Positions 24,831-38,875 of a stretch of DNA of 64,000 nt are shown one piece after another. Numbering within the stretch: position 1 is the first letter of the stretch; each line of letters opens with the position of its first letter. Source of the stretch: Paraspadella gotoi (lineage: Eukaryota; Animalia; Chaetognatha). The position numbers were made by a program, and so were the translations under genes. The notes under the pieces are model-generated. The model searched no databases. It saw nothing but the letters and a program-made list of their open reading frames with translations, and was not told the origin of the DNA. The stretch is taken from contig CM119267.1 of the NCBI GenBank assembly GCA_051294375.1, forward strand, positions 19,442,709-19,506,708, written 5' to 3'.

Positions 24831-27262
24831 TTCTCTCTCTTTTCCCCAAAATTCTCCCCTTTATCTCTATTCTCTTATTTTTAACTTTTTTATTCCATTA
24901 TTTTCNNNNNNNNNNNNNNNNNNNNNNNNNCCGCCATTGCTATACGAATCACTCCCTCCCTTTTCTGCCAAAATCTCGCGCCATTTCTTTCCCGCGTAAA
25001 TTGATTTCAATTTTTTCCTTCTCGTATCGCGAATGACAGACGCCAGTCTTTTTCTCTTGGAGGTCAGTGTTATTTCGTTTTTTCTCTTTATATCTTTATT
25101 ATTATTATTAGAAAAGGACTTGCGTTTTGCACAGTTGGCTTGGTTTTTTTTTCTCTCTCTCTCTACCTCAAGAGGAAGTGAAATGCGCGTTGGACTGGCG
25201 AGATTACGGATGTTCGAAGGACGAAAACGTTGGATTGTTCGAAAAAGTCGTTTGCGAAAATTCGAGAGGATTGCAAAAGTTGTTCTTATTTTGCAGGGCG
25301 GGATAAGCTATTAAGTACTGGTAAAAAAAATCTAACTATTGTATGGTATGAAGTGGCAAAGGAATGACAAATTTTTAAAAATAGGAGACGGAAGGACAAA
25401 GATTCATTTTCAGTGGCATTCGATTCCAAATCGACTCGTCATGTTTCTACTCAAAAAGAAACATTTCTGACGATGCGAAGAAACCACACCGCCATTTGAA
25501 GGTTTGCGCACAAGTTCGTGCAAATCATGATGCTTGCTTATAGAATTTCACGCATTTCCGCAGACCAAAATTGAAAAGACGGGGTACGGTGGACTAAAGT
25601 CATTTCGCCTCCCAACCCAAAGGTTCCCGGAGTTCTAGCCCGCGTTGGTCACCTAGCAGTTATGAGGGACGGGCGCTTAACCCGCTGTTAAAACGGTGTT
25701 ACAGCCTGATCCGAATCTCAGGGACTGCCTTATGCTTATATCGCAACGGCTTCAGTAATAACATTTAACAATTATGACCGTCTCTTACAGGGGTGAACAG
25801 AGAAAAGGGAATCCCAGTCGGGGGGAAAACAGAGGTGCCCAGAGGTTTTTTAATTGTGGCGCGAAGGTTCGACTCCTTTTAGCGCGAAAGAAACTTCGCG
25901 AAAATTCCAGAAGAGACTCGAATAAAAGCAGCAAAAAAATTATGCGTAAAGGAAGGGAGAGGGCAGGGCTTAATCTTACTTTCACCGACAAGAGTAAGGG
26001 GGTTTAAAAGGTAAGGACTGGTTTAAGAAGGTGGTTTAAAATTAAAGCGAGTTTGGATGGTTAAGATTAAGATATTGAAGTATTAATTTTTTACTTTTTT
26101 AAGATCAAATATTTTTATAAATTATTCATAAAAATGAGTAATTAGTTAACCTAGAGCCACGAAGAAAGAGAGAGAGCAGAGCCATCTGATCGCTTCCTAC
26201 AGTCATCAGCAAATGGCATCCGGGTAAGCGGTGCATCTGACGAAAAGTCTCACTGTCTCATTTTCGCCGCAGGCCGCCGGCCGCCGAAGCATTTTAAAAT
26301 ATTCCTCGAATATTATTATCCTTTTGCTCTCTTTCAGAATCGACTTTTTTAAGTCGCGCCAGATTTCTCATTCCGAATCGCCTCATCTACCTTACCTTCT
26401 TCCCGCCCACTTCACCCCACCCTTCTCTCACCGCTACCCTAATTCACCCACTGGGCACCGATCGCTACCTTTCCGAGTTTGAGCGGCGTGGTGCGGCTGC
26501 GGCTGCGCGGCGGACGGCAGTCTCGAAAATCCTTTCCACTCAGAGTCAATCTTCTCTCTTTTCGGCGAGAGTAGGAGTCACTGAGAACATTTTTGACAAA
26601 TTAAAGACTCTCTCAGACTTTCTTGATTTCGCGTGCGGTGCGGGTGAGGTTTAGGGGGTAGTGTTAGGGCCAGGTTAAGTTTGGGCAGCGGCCCGCTTCA
26701 GGCGACGGACGTTGTCGAAACAATTTTAAAAATCATATTTTTATAATTAGCCATTTAAAATTTTTTCATATTTTAGGTTTTATTTACGCCAGATCATTCT
26801 AAGCTCGTAAAAAATATCTGCCGTCGAAATAAACCAAGGTTCGGACATAACCCGGTCGTGTGCCGCCATCACCGTCGGAAATTATTCCTACGTCTCAACG
26901 ACTTTAAGAGACAGGCGCGCGCAAGGGAGAGGGGGCCAGGCCAATCTTTAATTTACTTCCGAATTTTCGTTCTCATTACGGCCGAAACCCGATTTCAATT
27001 CACAAAAATACGACTTAATTGCAATGCGCCCTAGAACCTCGCCATAAAACTTTTCTATTCCGTGGTTTCGGATTATCCGTCCAATTCAACTTCGATAATA
27101 ATCGTGAGGTCTCTGACTCTCATGCATACATTGAAAGATCTGCATAATTTTTTTGAAATGTTTGATTTATTTGATTTACGTATGACATCATCCAGACTAA
27201 TCGGGAATAGGCAACTTTAAAACCCTAATTTAATTTGTAGGATTCTCGTCATCGCGACTTAA

Positions 27263-28163
27263 GGGACCTAGTGATAAAATGATATCATAAAGCTTAAAGG
27301 TTCTTATCATCAAAGGAATTTGAAATGGTGATAGTCATAATTTTTCTTTGCACGGCGAAAGTAGCCCAAAAAAATTCTTATCTTTTATATGGTAGCAGAA
27401 ACAAAAATTTACATAATTATGAAAAAAAAATTTAGTTGACCCTACTTAAACTATTTATATAATCTATTTATTTTATTTTTACATTAGAAAATATTTTTTA
27501 CTTTAAATTCTAATTTTTTATTTTTTACTGTACAAAGCTACAATTTTAGCGTTAAGCCTCAATGAAACAAAGGCTTTACAAGACTAATATTTTATATTTA
27601 TTTAAAGCAGACAAATCAAACCTAAAATTCTAATTCTTACAGAAACAAAACTGCTAATAATTATTAAATTAATATTCATATCATCCCTTAAATGTATTAT
27701 TAAACTATATTGATTTCCTAATTTAATAACAAATTAAAAATTTAATAAAATACATCCATCTTTTTCTTTTTATATTATATATTCTATTCAAAGAGTTTTA
27801 TTTTATCCATATTAACAGAATCATTTGGAAAAAAAGTAAATTAAAATCAGTCGATACCTTAAATTTTGAATTTCATTCCTATTTTTTTTTCTTATAAAAT
27901 TTTGGCATAAAAGCTGAAAATTTTTTAAAATTATATTACCCTTATTTTTAAAAAAAAAAAAATTTAAACTTGAAAAAGATTTTCTTCTTACCCATTTTTT
28001 TAAAGAAAATTAAGCTCGCTGATTTATACTCTTTTTCGAATTCGTTTAACTACTTTCCCAAATGATTTATTAGAAAAAAAAATTATATGTCAAAAACCAG
28101 CTTAAGTTAAAGGGATTCAAACGTTGTTTTTCAGCTTTTTACCCCCCCTGTTCACTTGGTCCC
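27263..28163. mobile_element. Same TTAA/TIR element in block copy 3
   Basis: TTAA 27259-27262 and 28164-28167, same TIRs. Confidence 0.8.
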
Positions 28164-28214
28164 TTAATACTCAATCTCAATATCAATAAAAAAATCAATA
28201 AATAATAAATAATA

Positions 28215-28262
<48 letters not shown>

Positions 28263-29223
28263 AAATAATCAATAAATCTCAATACCTAAAAATAATAATA
28301 GTAATAATGATAAAATAATAATAGCTATCATTAACGCATAAGAATAATAATAAATAAGAATAAGGCGTAATTCAAATAATTTAATCTGATATTGCCTTTC
28401 TATTTATTGTCAGTTAAAAAAAAAAATTGACAAGTTTCTGTCTATGACTTTTAAAAAAAAAAAAGGAGAGGCAATGGCCTAGTATAAAATGTTTAAGTAC
28501 CATAATGATTAGCATTTACTTTTTTTTTCATTTGCCAAGTTTCTGTCTATGACTAAAAAAAAAAAAAATGGCAAAATGGCCTATGTAATGATAATAATTC
28601 CTTCATGATTTATAACATGAATATATTAATACTTTTTCCAATTTGCATGTCCGCAATGATCCTTAATTGTTTGAATTTTATTTATGCCATTAGTGCAATT
28701 TTTTCTTGCTCAATACTCATCGTTTCAATTTTAATCTTCTTATTGTCTTAATTGTCAAATTGTCTCTTTTATTTCAGAAAAAAAAAAAATAAATTTATGA
28801 AATTGATATCAACCAATATTAAAATTATTTTAATGGAATAGCTATTCTGCCCCCGACTTGGGCTAGCTTAGTTTGTATTAAGGCCTTCCATCACTGACAA
28901 GAAAAATGACATAGCCAGGTCCCTATTGAGCTTTCAATAAAGTTTATTTACTCCCAGAGTACTTGCTTCCAGATCAAGTGGTATTAATATTCAAAAAATG
29001 ATTCAAACTGTACCAACTTTTTATAATATTTCTGTTAGCCAATCAGAATTATTGTTCAGATATAAAAAAACGAACGAATCAAACGATAAAAAATGTTTTA
29101 ATTTAAAATGAGAAATAAAAAATTATGATTATGCAGCGGTAATATTAGGTATAAAAAATCCATTCATTAGGAAACAATTGAAAGAGAATAATATTTATAG
29201 ATAAAATTGAATCAATATAAATA

Positions 29224-32200
29224 TCAAAGATTTCTTTCACTCATTCCGTTCGGATCTTATCCGAGATTTCAAAGTTGTAATAAGAACCAATTTCTCCCTC
29301 AGAAATTGCTCGACAGCGCCTGGACGCGGCTAGCCGGCTGGCGTATTCCTGAGGGCGATTTGCTGCGCTGATTTTGGAGGTTTTGCCAGGCCGTGGGCAA
29401 GACGACCACGTATGAGGTTGAGATGGCCTGGGCGAGTCGATATGACAGCATCGTCGCTACGACCAGAATTTAGGGTGTCGAGAATGTGTACATGTAGCCT
29501 GGCCAAAGCGGCCACTATGCCCACTTACGAGCACCTTGGCGCGTTCATACCCAATGGAAAAGATTCACGGACAATGTCATGTAACAAGAACAAAGGGGCA
29601 AGTTCGTTAATACTGATAAGTCAAAAGAGTTACATTATAAGCAAATGGACCTATGAAACCGTCACCTTTTGCTCAAAACATCATTGTGCACTGTAATGAA
29701 CCCAAGAAATTTTATTCTTCGATTTTCTGTAATTTACCTCTTGTACAGCTTGCGCGGAATGTAAGCAGTCCCTCCTGCAGTGCCACAAAAGCACCACCGG
29801 TTCAAATAGTCCCTTTGTTGACGTAGACTCTCGTGAATCCCTGGTCAAGGAAGCCCGGACCTCTTCAGCCACTTGTCCCTTTGCTCTTTGGACATTGTGC
29901 GAATCGATCCAAATGGATCTGCGTCGCGACTTCAAAAAATGATCAACTTCAAGCAGATGTTACTTGTCGTGCACCGGCCCTCGCAGAGCGCGTAGAGGAA
30001 GCCATAACGCCTCCCACCAATCCGCACCCAACTCAAGGCCTCCTTGTAGCTGCCAGCATGGGTCCGCGGAAATGTGCCAGACAAGAAACGCATCATAGAT
30101 GATCAGCGTTTCCATAAGCAGATAACCGGATGATTAGGCACGTAAAATATCCACCCAACAACTGGCCTGCTAACGGTATAATCACTAAGCGACAAAATTC
30201 CACTGGAGCAAATAACTCTCTCTCTACGCCACAATTCTTCCGTACATGTTCCAGGCAAAAATTGCGCAAAACGGAAGCATTACTTAATAATGCCGGCGAG
30301 AAGAGAAAGAGACGAATAAGCAATAACCAGCGCGGGAGGCGTAGCTCTGTTCTTCATAAAGCTTTCTCTAATACGAATTTCCAAAACGGGACCCGTTTTA
30401 AAGAGCAAACCAAACGGATCTCATGCCGCAAAAGACTCGGTTCAGTCCGTTCAGCGTCCTTGAGGCTGGAGGGCCACGAGTTTGTTGTCGATCTCGTTAA
30501 GGTGCCAACAATAGGGTGTAGGGTTAAAATGCCTCGATGCATATTTCAGTTAGACTTTAGGTACAGGAAATTATAAATAGGTTTGATCAACCCAAAGAAT
30601 GAGGAGTGTTAGGTAGATATCTATTTCGGTATGCAATCCGTTCCAGTAGGTTGTAGGTCCTTCACCTCGACCTAAGAAGGCTCTGGTGAAATTTTGCGCC
30701 TTTATGACGACAATTGGTGTTTTGAGTGTATCGATCTAAGATGGCCATGATGATGGTGGCATGGAAGCGAACACCACGGCAGCAAAGACAAAGCGACAGA
30801 GTTATTTTGCGCAAAACCGGCGAACCAGCTGGTCGCCTAAGGCCGGAAGAGAAAAGAACCAAAACCGGAGTCGAGTCGTCAAGAGCCACGAATACGAGGC
30901 TGCGACATATCGTCCTCCGTCCAGCGCGTATCCTGCATTACCCGGAGTTGTCGGATTGAAGCAGCCCAGAACAAGGTTGGATAAATCAGCTTTAGACGGC
31001 GTAATCGGGGCCGTTTGAGGGCACTCGGGGCACGGAGAGTAGTATTCTTGGCCGCCGCTCGATGGGCGTGGGATCGGCGCGTCTGGTGGCAGCGCTGGCT
31101 GCGGCGCCCGTCTTCTTCCTGCTTTCTTTCCAAGGCGCGCTGTCGGGTTCGTTTTGGAGTTTCGAAGTTCGAGCCGGCGTGGGAATCATGGTTGCTGGCG
31201 GAGCGCGTAACCCGAAGCGGCTCGGTTTGAGGACAGAGTTTCGAATGAGGATCACCGGGCAGGAAAGAACGAGGGTCAGGAAGAAGATGAACCACTGGTT
31301 AGGAAGAAATTGTAAAATTGAAACAATTTGTAAAACTTTAATAATTTGCATTTGCCTTTTCTTCTGTTCTCATCCTCGGATATTTTTACAGCAATTTTTC
31401 ACAGAGAACGCCGTGCATGCGTTACACCGTTCTTTAAAAATTTCTGTTAACATTTGCTTCATAAAACGATTTCCACCTACCGATTCTGGCCGAATTCTAA
31501 CCTTTGATTTCCCAAGACCGCGTTGCTTTTAAAAACGTCCCAAGCCTCGGAGACTTCCGGCGGTTGGCTCTCAAGTCTTTGCAGCGGTTGGCGACCGTCT
31601 ACGCAGATGCTCCGAACTTCGCTAGGTCGACCGCGCGGACGTTGTCCACGTCGCGTCTGCGTTGTAGGGCGAGGAAAAGTTGTCGGCGGCCGTGAGCGCG
31701 GAAAACAGAGTTTGCTGTCGTTCTGCGGGAGAATAAAACTTGTAGAGGTGGAGCGTTCTTAATTTTTGGAGCATTATTTTTTTTAATTCTAAAATTTTTG
31801 CTTACTTTTAAAGAATTTTGATTTTTATCTTCATTTTTTTAAAATTAAAAAAAAATGTTTTCTTTAAAATTTGTAAATGTTCCATTAATTTTTTTATCAG
31901 ATCATTAAAACTGACCATAATATTATACAATATCATTAAAATTTGCTGCTTTTTCTATATTCAGTAGAATTATATTTACTTGTTTTTGTTTAAGCGTCGT
32001 TTTAACTGGTATCAAAATCTAATCAGAATACCTAGAAAACACAGTGTCCTATATTCTTTCTTAGTCTGACTTTCAATTGTCTCAAATTGGCCCAAAATCC
32101 TATCATCCCCTTCTAACCTTCAGCCCCTTCGTCACGGACATCGCCAGTCTTATTTGTTACTCCATCCTCCTGTCCTGCAGGACTTCTGATCGGCGAGGCC

Positions 32201-33430
32201 GTCGACGCCCACTTGACGCGTCGACGCAATCTCTTGCAGCCTTCAGAGGCAGAGAGAGACGGACAACTCTTCAGTCGTCGCGTCGTCGATGGATTTTGTT
32301 CGAAGGAGACTGCGCGGCGGGCTGATCGAAGCCTCGGCAAGCTTGATCAAGCCTGTGTGTGAGGATGTGACGGGGGGAGCAAGGATGTAAAGATTTTGGA
32401 AACGTTTTTGCGTTATTTTCAAATAAATTAATAAAGGTTTAAACTAGTATGCCATGAAAAAAATTCAATCTAAATTCACATTAAAATAAAAAATGCTTTG
32501 CTTTTTTGTTTTTCTGTTTTGCTTTTGTTTTTTTTCTTTTTCCAAAATTATATATAAAATCCTTTTTACGAAAATTTTTTTTTTTTTTTGATTCAATCTT
32601 TTTCGTTAAATCGATAATATTACAAACAAAAATAATGTATAATACTACGTGAAATCGTCGTCACCTATGAATACGCGGCGAATCTAAAGTCTCCGTCCCA
32701 AACTCCCCCTCTGTCCCCGGACAGTCCATTCCAGTGACACCAGTTCAAGATGAATCATCGAGAGGGCGTCCTTATTTGGCGGCGTTTTTCCGAAGATTGA
32801 AGTCCGTCGTCGTCCGACCAGCCATAAACCTTCGCGTACGATCTCAACCTTGAGGAGCTCTTCCTCATGCTGCAGTTTGGAAGATGGCCGGAAGTTCCGA
32901 ACGCCTGATAAAGACGGGCGTTTAATTTTGCTAAGTATTACTTCGCCGACCCCCGCGTTTGGGCGGATTTTGAAAAACCACTTAAAAATACTTATTTCTT
33001 TTTTAAAAAAAAATTTTTAAAAAAATTAACCCAATTACCCTAACCTAACGCTCTTAACCCCTAACCACCACTAACCCTAAACATCCCTAAACACCCTTAA
33101 CCCTAACCCCGGTCGGCGAAAAGTTAAAAGTAACCCAAAATATTTATATAGTACTAGCTCATGCTTCTAACTTCTTAATGTGTATTTTCAACTAATGGAC
33201 GACCGAAACACTTCGCCTTGTCAAATTCGAGGGGAAAACGTTTTGAAGACCGCACTTGCCGTCTTTTGAATCCAGCGGAGAGACATCGATTAGCTTCGAA
33301 CCGCGGCGCCGCCCATCTTTCAGAATCGAAATCACGGAGAGAGGGTAACGTCCGGGACCTGGAATTGCGGGAGGCTTGGGTGGAAGGGTAGGGAGGAGGA
33401 GAAAGAGGAAATGAAGGATCCCCGACCCAT
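29224..33430 (-). pseudogene. Frameshifted third copy of the 912-aa membrane protein gene (probably artefactual)
   Basis: Colinear with copies 1 and 2, shares copy-2 errors and adds further single-base insertions. Confidence 0.55.
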
Positions 33431-33931
33431 TCCTTGCTTGGCGCGGAAAATATCGTCGGATAAAATCTTTCGGGTAAAACTGAAAGTTAAAAATTAAATA
33501 ACGATTAAAGAAACGAAAAGAATCAAAATTGATAAAGTTGGGGAAATTTGAAAAGCATTCAAAAAAATGAATCAAACCACAACCCAAGTTTCGTTTTTGA
33601 AAATATAATCTGCGAATTTCTGAATAAATCGAAGGAAGTCAACTATATTATATAATTGATTTCCAATTTAGCGTTCAACAAAGATACCGGATTTTTTTTT
33701 CTCGAAACTTTCAGCTAAACCAGTTGGGCTCTCACAATGAGCAAGATTTATTGCTCTTTTGTTTGTTTGCCCTTAGTTTTTTGTTTTTTTTCTTTTTGTT
33801 GTGATTTTTTTCTTTACTAGGTTTTTTTTTCCAGCCGGCTTACCCGCGAATCGAATCACTTATGGCGCCCGAAAATGGGGCGGATTAAATTTTTTTTTTC
33901 ACGCTTCGCGAGACGTCGCGGTTGCAACTGA

Positions 33932-33971
<40 letters not shown>

Positions 33972-34425
33972 TGCTCTCTTTTTCAGTCGCGGCCAGATTT
34001 TTTTTTCTTCGTGCGCGGACTCATGTGTGACGCAGATTTCTGCCCTGAGAAACCTTACCCCTTTCCCATCCCCTCTTGAACCCAGGACTTTCTCTCGACT
34101 CAAAAAAACTCAACCTCGTCCGCCTCTTCCTTCTTCCCTTACCTCACCCGAACCAACCTTAACTTATCCCTCCCTCTCCGTCTTCTCCTTTACTTAGTCT
34201 CTCCAATTATTCATGCTCGAGTAAGCTTACACGCGAAGAACAGGCGCGTGGCGTTACACGCATACCACGCACTCGAGGAGGCGAGAGGAAAAAGAATGTC
34301 CCCCCCCCCTTCCTTCTATTTTTTTTCTTCCATTAATTCCTTCCCTTCACCTTTGCGATTTTACCGTCTGCGACCCACCCTGCGAGGGAACCCCACCATG
34401 CGTCTCCTCTCTCTCTCTTCCTCTC

Positions 34426-34460
<35 letters not shown>

Positions 34461-34758
34461 CTCTCTTACTCTCTCTCTCTCTCTCGCCCTCGTTTATTAC
34501 TTTAATTACCCAGAAAAATATAAATTCATTCTTTGGTCTCTCTTCCTTTTTCTATCTTTTCTATCTCCGCTAACTTACATACCCGTTACTCAAAAACATA
34601 AATTAATTTCTCAGCGTGTTACTCTTTCTCTCTCTGCCTTCTCTCTCACTCTATCTCTCTCACACTCTTCAGCAGAATCATCGATCAGTCCCGAACCCGC
34701 CCCCTGCATGTATCATCCCACTACCCGGCTTTCTCAGCGCAGATTTCTTCTTTATTTC

Positions 34759-34813
<55 letters not shown>

Positions 34814-35134
34814 TTCTCTCTCTTTTCCCCAAAATTCTCCCCTTTATCTCTATTCTCTTATTTTTAACTTTTTTATTCCATTATTTTCCCGCCATTGCTA
34901 TACCGAATCACTCCCTCCCTTTCTCTGCCAAAAATCTTCGCGCCCATTTCTTCCACGCGTAAAATTGATTTCAATTTATCCTTCTCGTTATCGCGAATGA
35001 CAGGACGCCAGTCTTTTTTCTACTTTGAGGTCAGTGTAATTTTCGTTTTTCTCTTTATATCTTTATTATTATTATATTAATTATATTAATTATTATTATA
35101 TTATTATAGNNNNNNNNNNNNNNNNNNNNNNNNN

Positions 35135-35167
<33 letters not shown>

Positions 35168-37899
35168 CTTTATTATTATTTTTTTTTCTTGTTCCCCGGA
35201 AGTTAAGATTCCTAATGTATATTCATTATTCAATAGAATGAACAAAGTGTACCATAGTGTAAATAATATTTTCTCAAAAAAGGTCATGCGATTCAGTCAT
35301 GCGATACTCGAAGTTTCAAATCATTTTTTTAATTTTTATTATTTTGAAGACATTAAAAGTTAAATGAGTTTTTCACGATCATTTTTTATCATATCACTCG
35401 CTATTGATAAAATTCGCGAAATTATCGATGAAATCGTCGCATTTATATTTTCTTATTATCTTTTAAAAGGGAGGCTTCGACCAACCACAGCCCTTTCCCT
35501 AGTCAGGACTCAGGAGGCGAAATAAAGCTTATTTAATTAAATGAATTAAATTAATTTGCATTGATTGTATCTTTTTCGGAATTAATCAGTGTGTTCAGAA
35601 GGTATCGGCCACGCCTCTTTTCCTTTCGATGGTGACGCTCAAAAATAAAACGTCGAAAACACAGATCGAAGCTAAAAAAAAAACGAAAAGGGAAAAAAAA
35701 GAGCATCTCTCGAAGACGTCGCTTTTCGCCCCTGCGGACTCAAATCGGTTCCCGAGCGTCGTCCCCGCGTCTTCTCCCGCGTTGACCTTTGACCCGCGCC
35801 CATCTTCGCCCATCTTCGCCCATTTTCTCGTTCCCGCCCTTTTCTTGGTGGGGCCTCCCACCTCCCACCACCATTTTCCTTCTTCTCTGTCGCTGTTAGC
35901 GTCTTCTCTCTTTTTTTTCTGTTTCTTTTTTCAGAAGCTCTTGACGCTTTTTGAGTCAGAGACCCTTTTTTTGGACGCTCGCCAACCTTCGTCGCCCACG
36001 TCGACGCCGAGACTCTCCTCCTCTCTCTCTCTCTCTCTCTCTCTCGTCTCCGTCTCTGCCCCTCTCTCTCTGACTCATTTTTATTTTGATCAGTTTCTGC
36101 CGCTTCCGGCCGTTTGAGGTCAATGTCTTTCCTTTCTTCTTTGCACCTTCTTCTTCATTAACCCATTTCCATCTATACTTATCAGGAATTAACTAATAAC
36201 TATTATTCGAATACATACTGCTTAATTATCATCCCAACCAGAAACCGCTAAAAGTATTCTTTACTCTCCCCCCGCCACTTTGCTACTTACTATACCGTTT
36301 TAACCTTACCTGTTTTTTTGAACTCGGTTCAACTTCGAGCCAAAAAAAAACTCTTCTTTTAATTTTCGTTGACCTTATCTTTCTCGTTTCAACTGAGTTT
36401 CTTTTAGATCTCACTCTGCCTCACCAACTCAGAAAGCCGAACAAACCCACTATAATAAATATTTTTTACCTTACATTTTTTTCCTTCGCGGCTAACTCTG
36501 TCTTTTATCTTTCTATAGTTCTTCTCTCTCTCTCGTCCTCTCATCTCTCTGTTCTCTCTCTGTCTTAATCTTCTCAGTCTCTCTCTCTCTCCCTCCTCTC
36601 TGTCTTTAAAGTGGCCTATAATCTCCAGAAGCCCTCGTATCAGCGAAGGCCCCGGGAAGCAGCCGCGCTGCGGGCCGAGTCGGCTTCTCCCCAGCCTTCG
36701 GACTTACTTCGCTCGGCTCTTCTTACTCCTCTTCCTCTTCCTTCTCTCTGTCTCGCGGATCTCGCGCGACGGCGCGATGTCCGATCCGATCGGAGCCTGC
36801 AGCGGCAAACTTATCTCTTCTCTCTCTCTTACCCTCTGTCCCGCCGCAGTCTATTCTCTCTGCTCCGAGCGGATCGATCATGGGTTCGCGCGGATCCGGG
36901 AGTGCTTCTTTCTTCAGAAATTTCATTTGAGATAGGCAGATCTTTTATTACGGGTATTTTCAACAGATGAATTGGAACTTTAAATAACTATTATTTCTTT
37001 CTTCCCCTCTGATAAATATGCAAACACGTCTTTATTTATATAGTATTTATGCTTCTGCCTCATAACATAGATCTCACTGGTGTTGAAATTGTCTATGGTT
37101 TTTCAAAAATACGGTAGAGCACTGATTTCTTTTATGACAATCATTCTATTACGGTATCTGCCTTAATTAACAGATGAAACTTAAAAATATTTTTCAGGGC
37201 AGAAGCAAACCTTTTTAGAGAATCAAATTGCTCGTAAGATCGTGTTGCGTATTTTTAGAGATACTATCTGCTTTGGCAAAAAATGGCACCGACTATATTA
37301 TAAAAAAATTTTTTTCTTTGTGTGTTTTCACCTCTTTTCTTATTTCTTTCTTTCTCGACTTTTTTTTCGATACCTCTGCTCTTTTATTCTCTCTTTCTCT
37401 GTACTTTTTCCTCCCTTTCTCCAACGTTTTCTAACCCTCATATTTTTGTGTGCATCCTTTCCTTTCTTCCTCTACAGCTTTTTTCCCTACCCTCTACTCT
37501 ATTAAAAGTAGCAAAAATGATATTGATTTCTTGATTAGGAAAATGCAGCAGATGATTTCAATTATTCCGATAGTCCCAGCAGCCACTTTGTCTAGAGCTA
37601 AATTTTTTATCAATTCTGTTTATATATTTTTAGCATTATTGGAAAAAGTTGTTTTTTTCTAAATTCCCCGATCAAAATCACTGCCGAATAGTATTGTGTG
37701 ATTGTCCATTCTACTGTAAAGAAAGGTTGTTATGATTCTTATGCCATGCAAGGGTAAATAAGTGAATAAATCTTATTCTTATTGTTAAAAGATATGCTTG
37801 CTCAATTCATTTATGGTCAAATTTTCGCGCGGCAGCTCGTCTCCCGCTCAATTTTTCAGCAGAATTTTTCCATTCAGTGTTAGTTTTTTTTCTAGTTTT

Positions 37900-38164
37900 T
37901 CTTTCTTATATAATTTTGTAAAAAAGCTGAAAAATCTTTTTAAAATTAGACCTCTTACCCTTTTTTGGAAAAAAAAAATTTAAACTTCGAAAAAGATTTT
38001 GTTCTACAATTTTTTAAGAAAATTAAGCTCGCTGATTTATCGGAATTTTTTTTAACTACTTTCCCAAATGATTATAAAAGAAAAATATATGACTCAGAAC
38101 CCAGCTTAAGTTAAAGGTCAAACGTTATGTTTTCAGCTTTTTACCCCCCCTGTTCACTTGTCCC
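37900..38164. mobile_element. Diverged right-end fragment of the same Kolobok-like family
   Basis: Homologous to 18060-18329 (aagctcgctgattta..., cagctttttacccccc(c)tgttcacttg-tccc) and followed by TTAA at 38165-38168, with a different flank. No left TIR found. Confidence 0.75.
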
Positions 38165-38601
38165 TTAAGGTCCCAGATTAGAACAAACAATCTTTCTTGG
38201 TTTTAGAGTCAAAACGCGCTAAAGTTTTCCAGAAAACTTAGGATATTTAACTATAAACTTTCAGAATTGTCACAATACGCTTTCAATCAAAAATTTCTTT
38301 TTTTAAAAACTGTTTTCTTAATTGTATTTGGCTTTAATTGAAGCAACAAACTAACTAAAGTCCAAATGTAACTTTTTTAAAAGGAAGGTCATTCACCATT
38401 TGTACATAAAATCCCATTGAATTGTAAGTGATTTACACAGCGAGGCCAGTTTGTTTTGCCTTATCTAGTGAGTAATGACCTAATATAGTTCTCTAGCGCC
38501 TAGAGAATTTTTGAAGCGCTAAAATCTGTTTCCTCCAAAAATGGTGGACTTGACTTGTCGACGGATTGTTTCGGGAATGAGAGAGAGAGACGGAGGAGAG
38601 A

Positions 38602-38635
<34 letters not shown>

Positions 38636-38840
38636 AATTCGGGCCCCGATCGCGCTTCGGGACTTCTGACCGGCAAGAAGCGACCGACTTTGACACCATT
38701 GGAGAGAGAGAAAATCTTCCTGATCCGAGCGGAAGAAGTCCGGAACGGAGAAGTGATCGGTCCGGCAGCCCGCGCCCGCTGCTCCGGTGACGGCTGCATC
38801 CGGGAGAGAACTGTATATGACTCCTGTTCTTTATCTTTCT

Positions 38841-38875
<35 letters not shown>

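Larger units (their letters stand above)
7305..35075. repeat. Tandem triplication of an ~8-10 kb block (units ~7305-15278, 15279-25110, 25111-35075)
   Basis: Each unit begins gaaa(a)ggac(t)tgcgtt. ORFs at 15942/25774 and 16399/26231 are identical, with an offset of 9832. Confidence 0.92.

Noticed and set aside
15279-35075. Programmed frameshifting or real gene-family expansion
   Set aside because: The dense random 1-nt insertions shared between copies with an identical start point are typical of uncorrected long reads.
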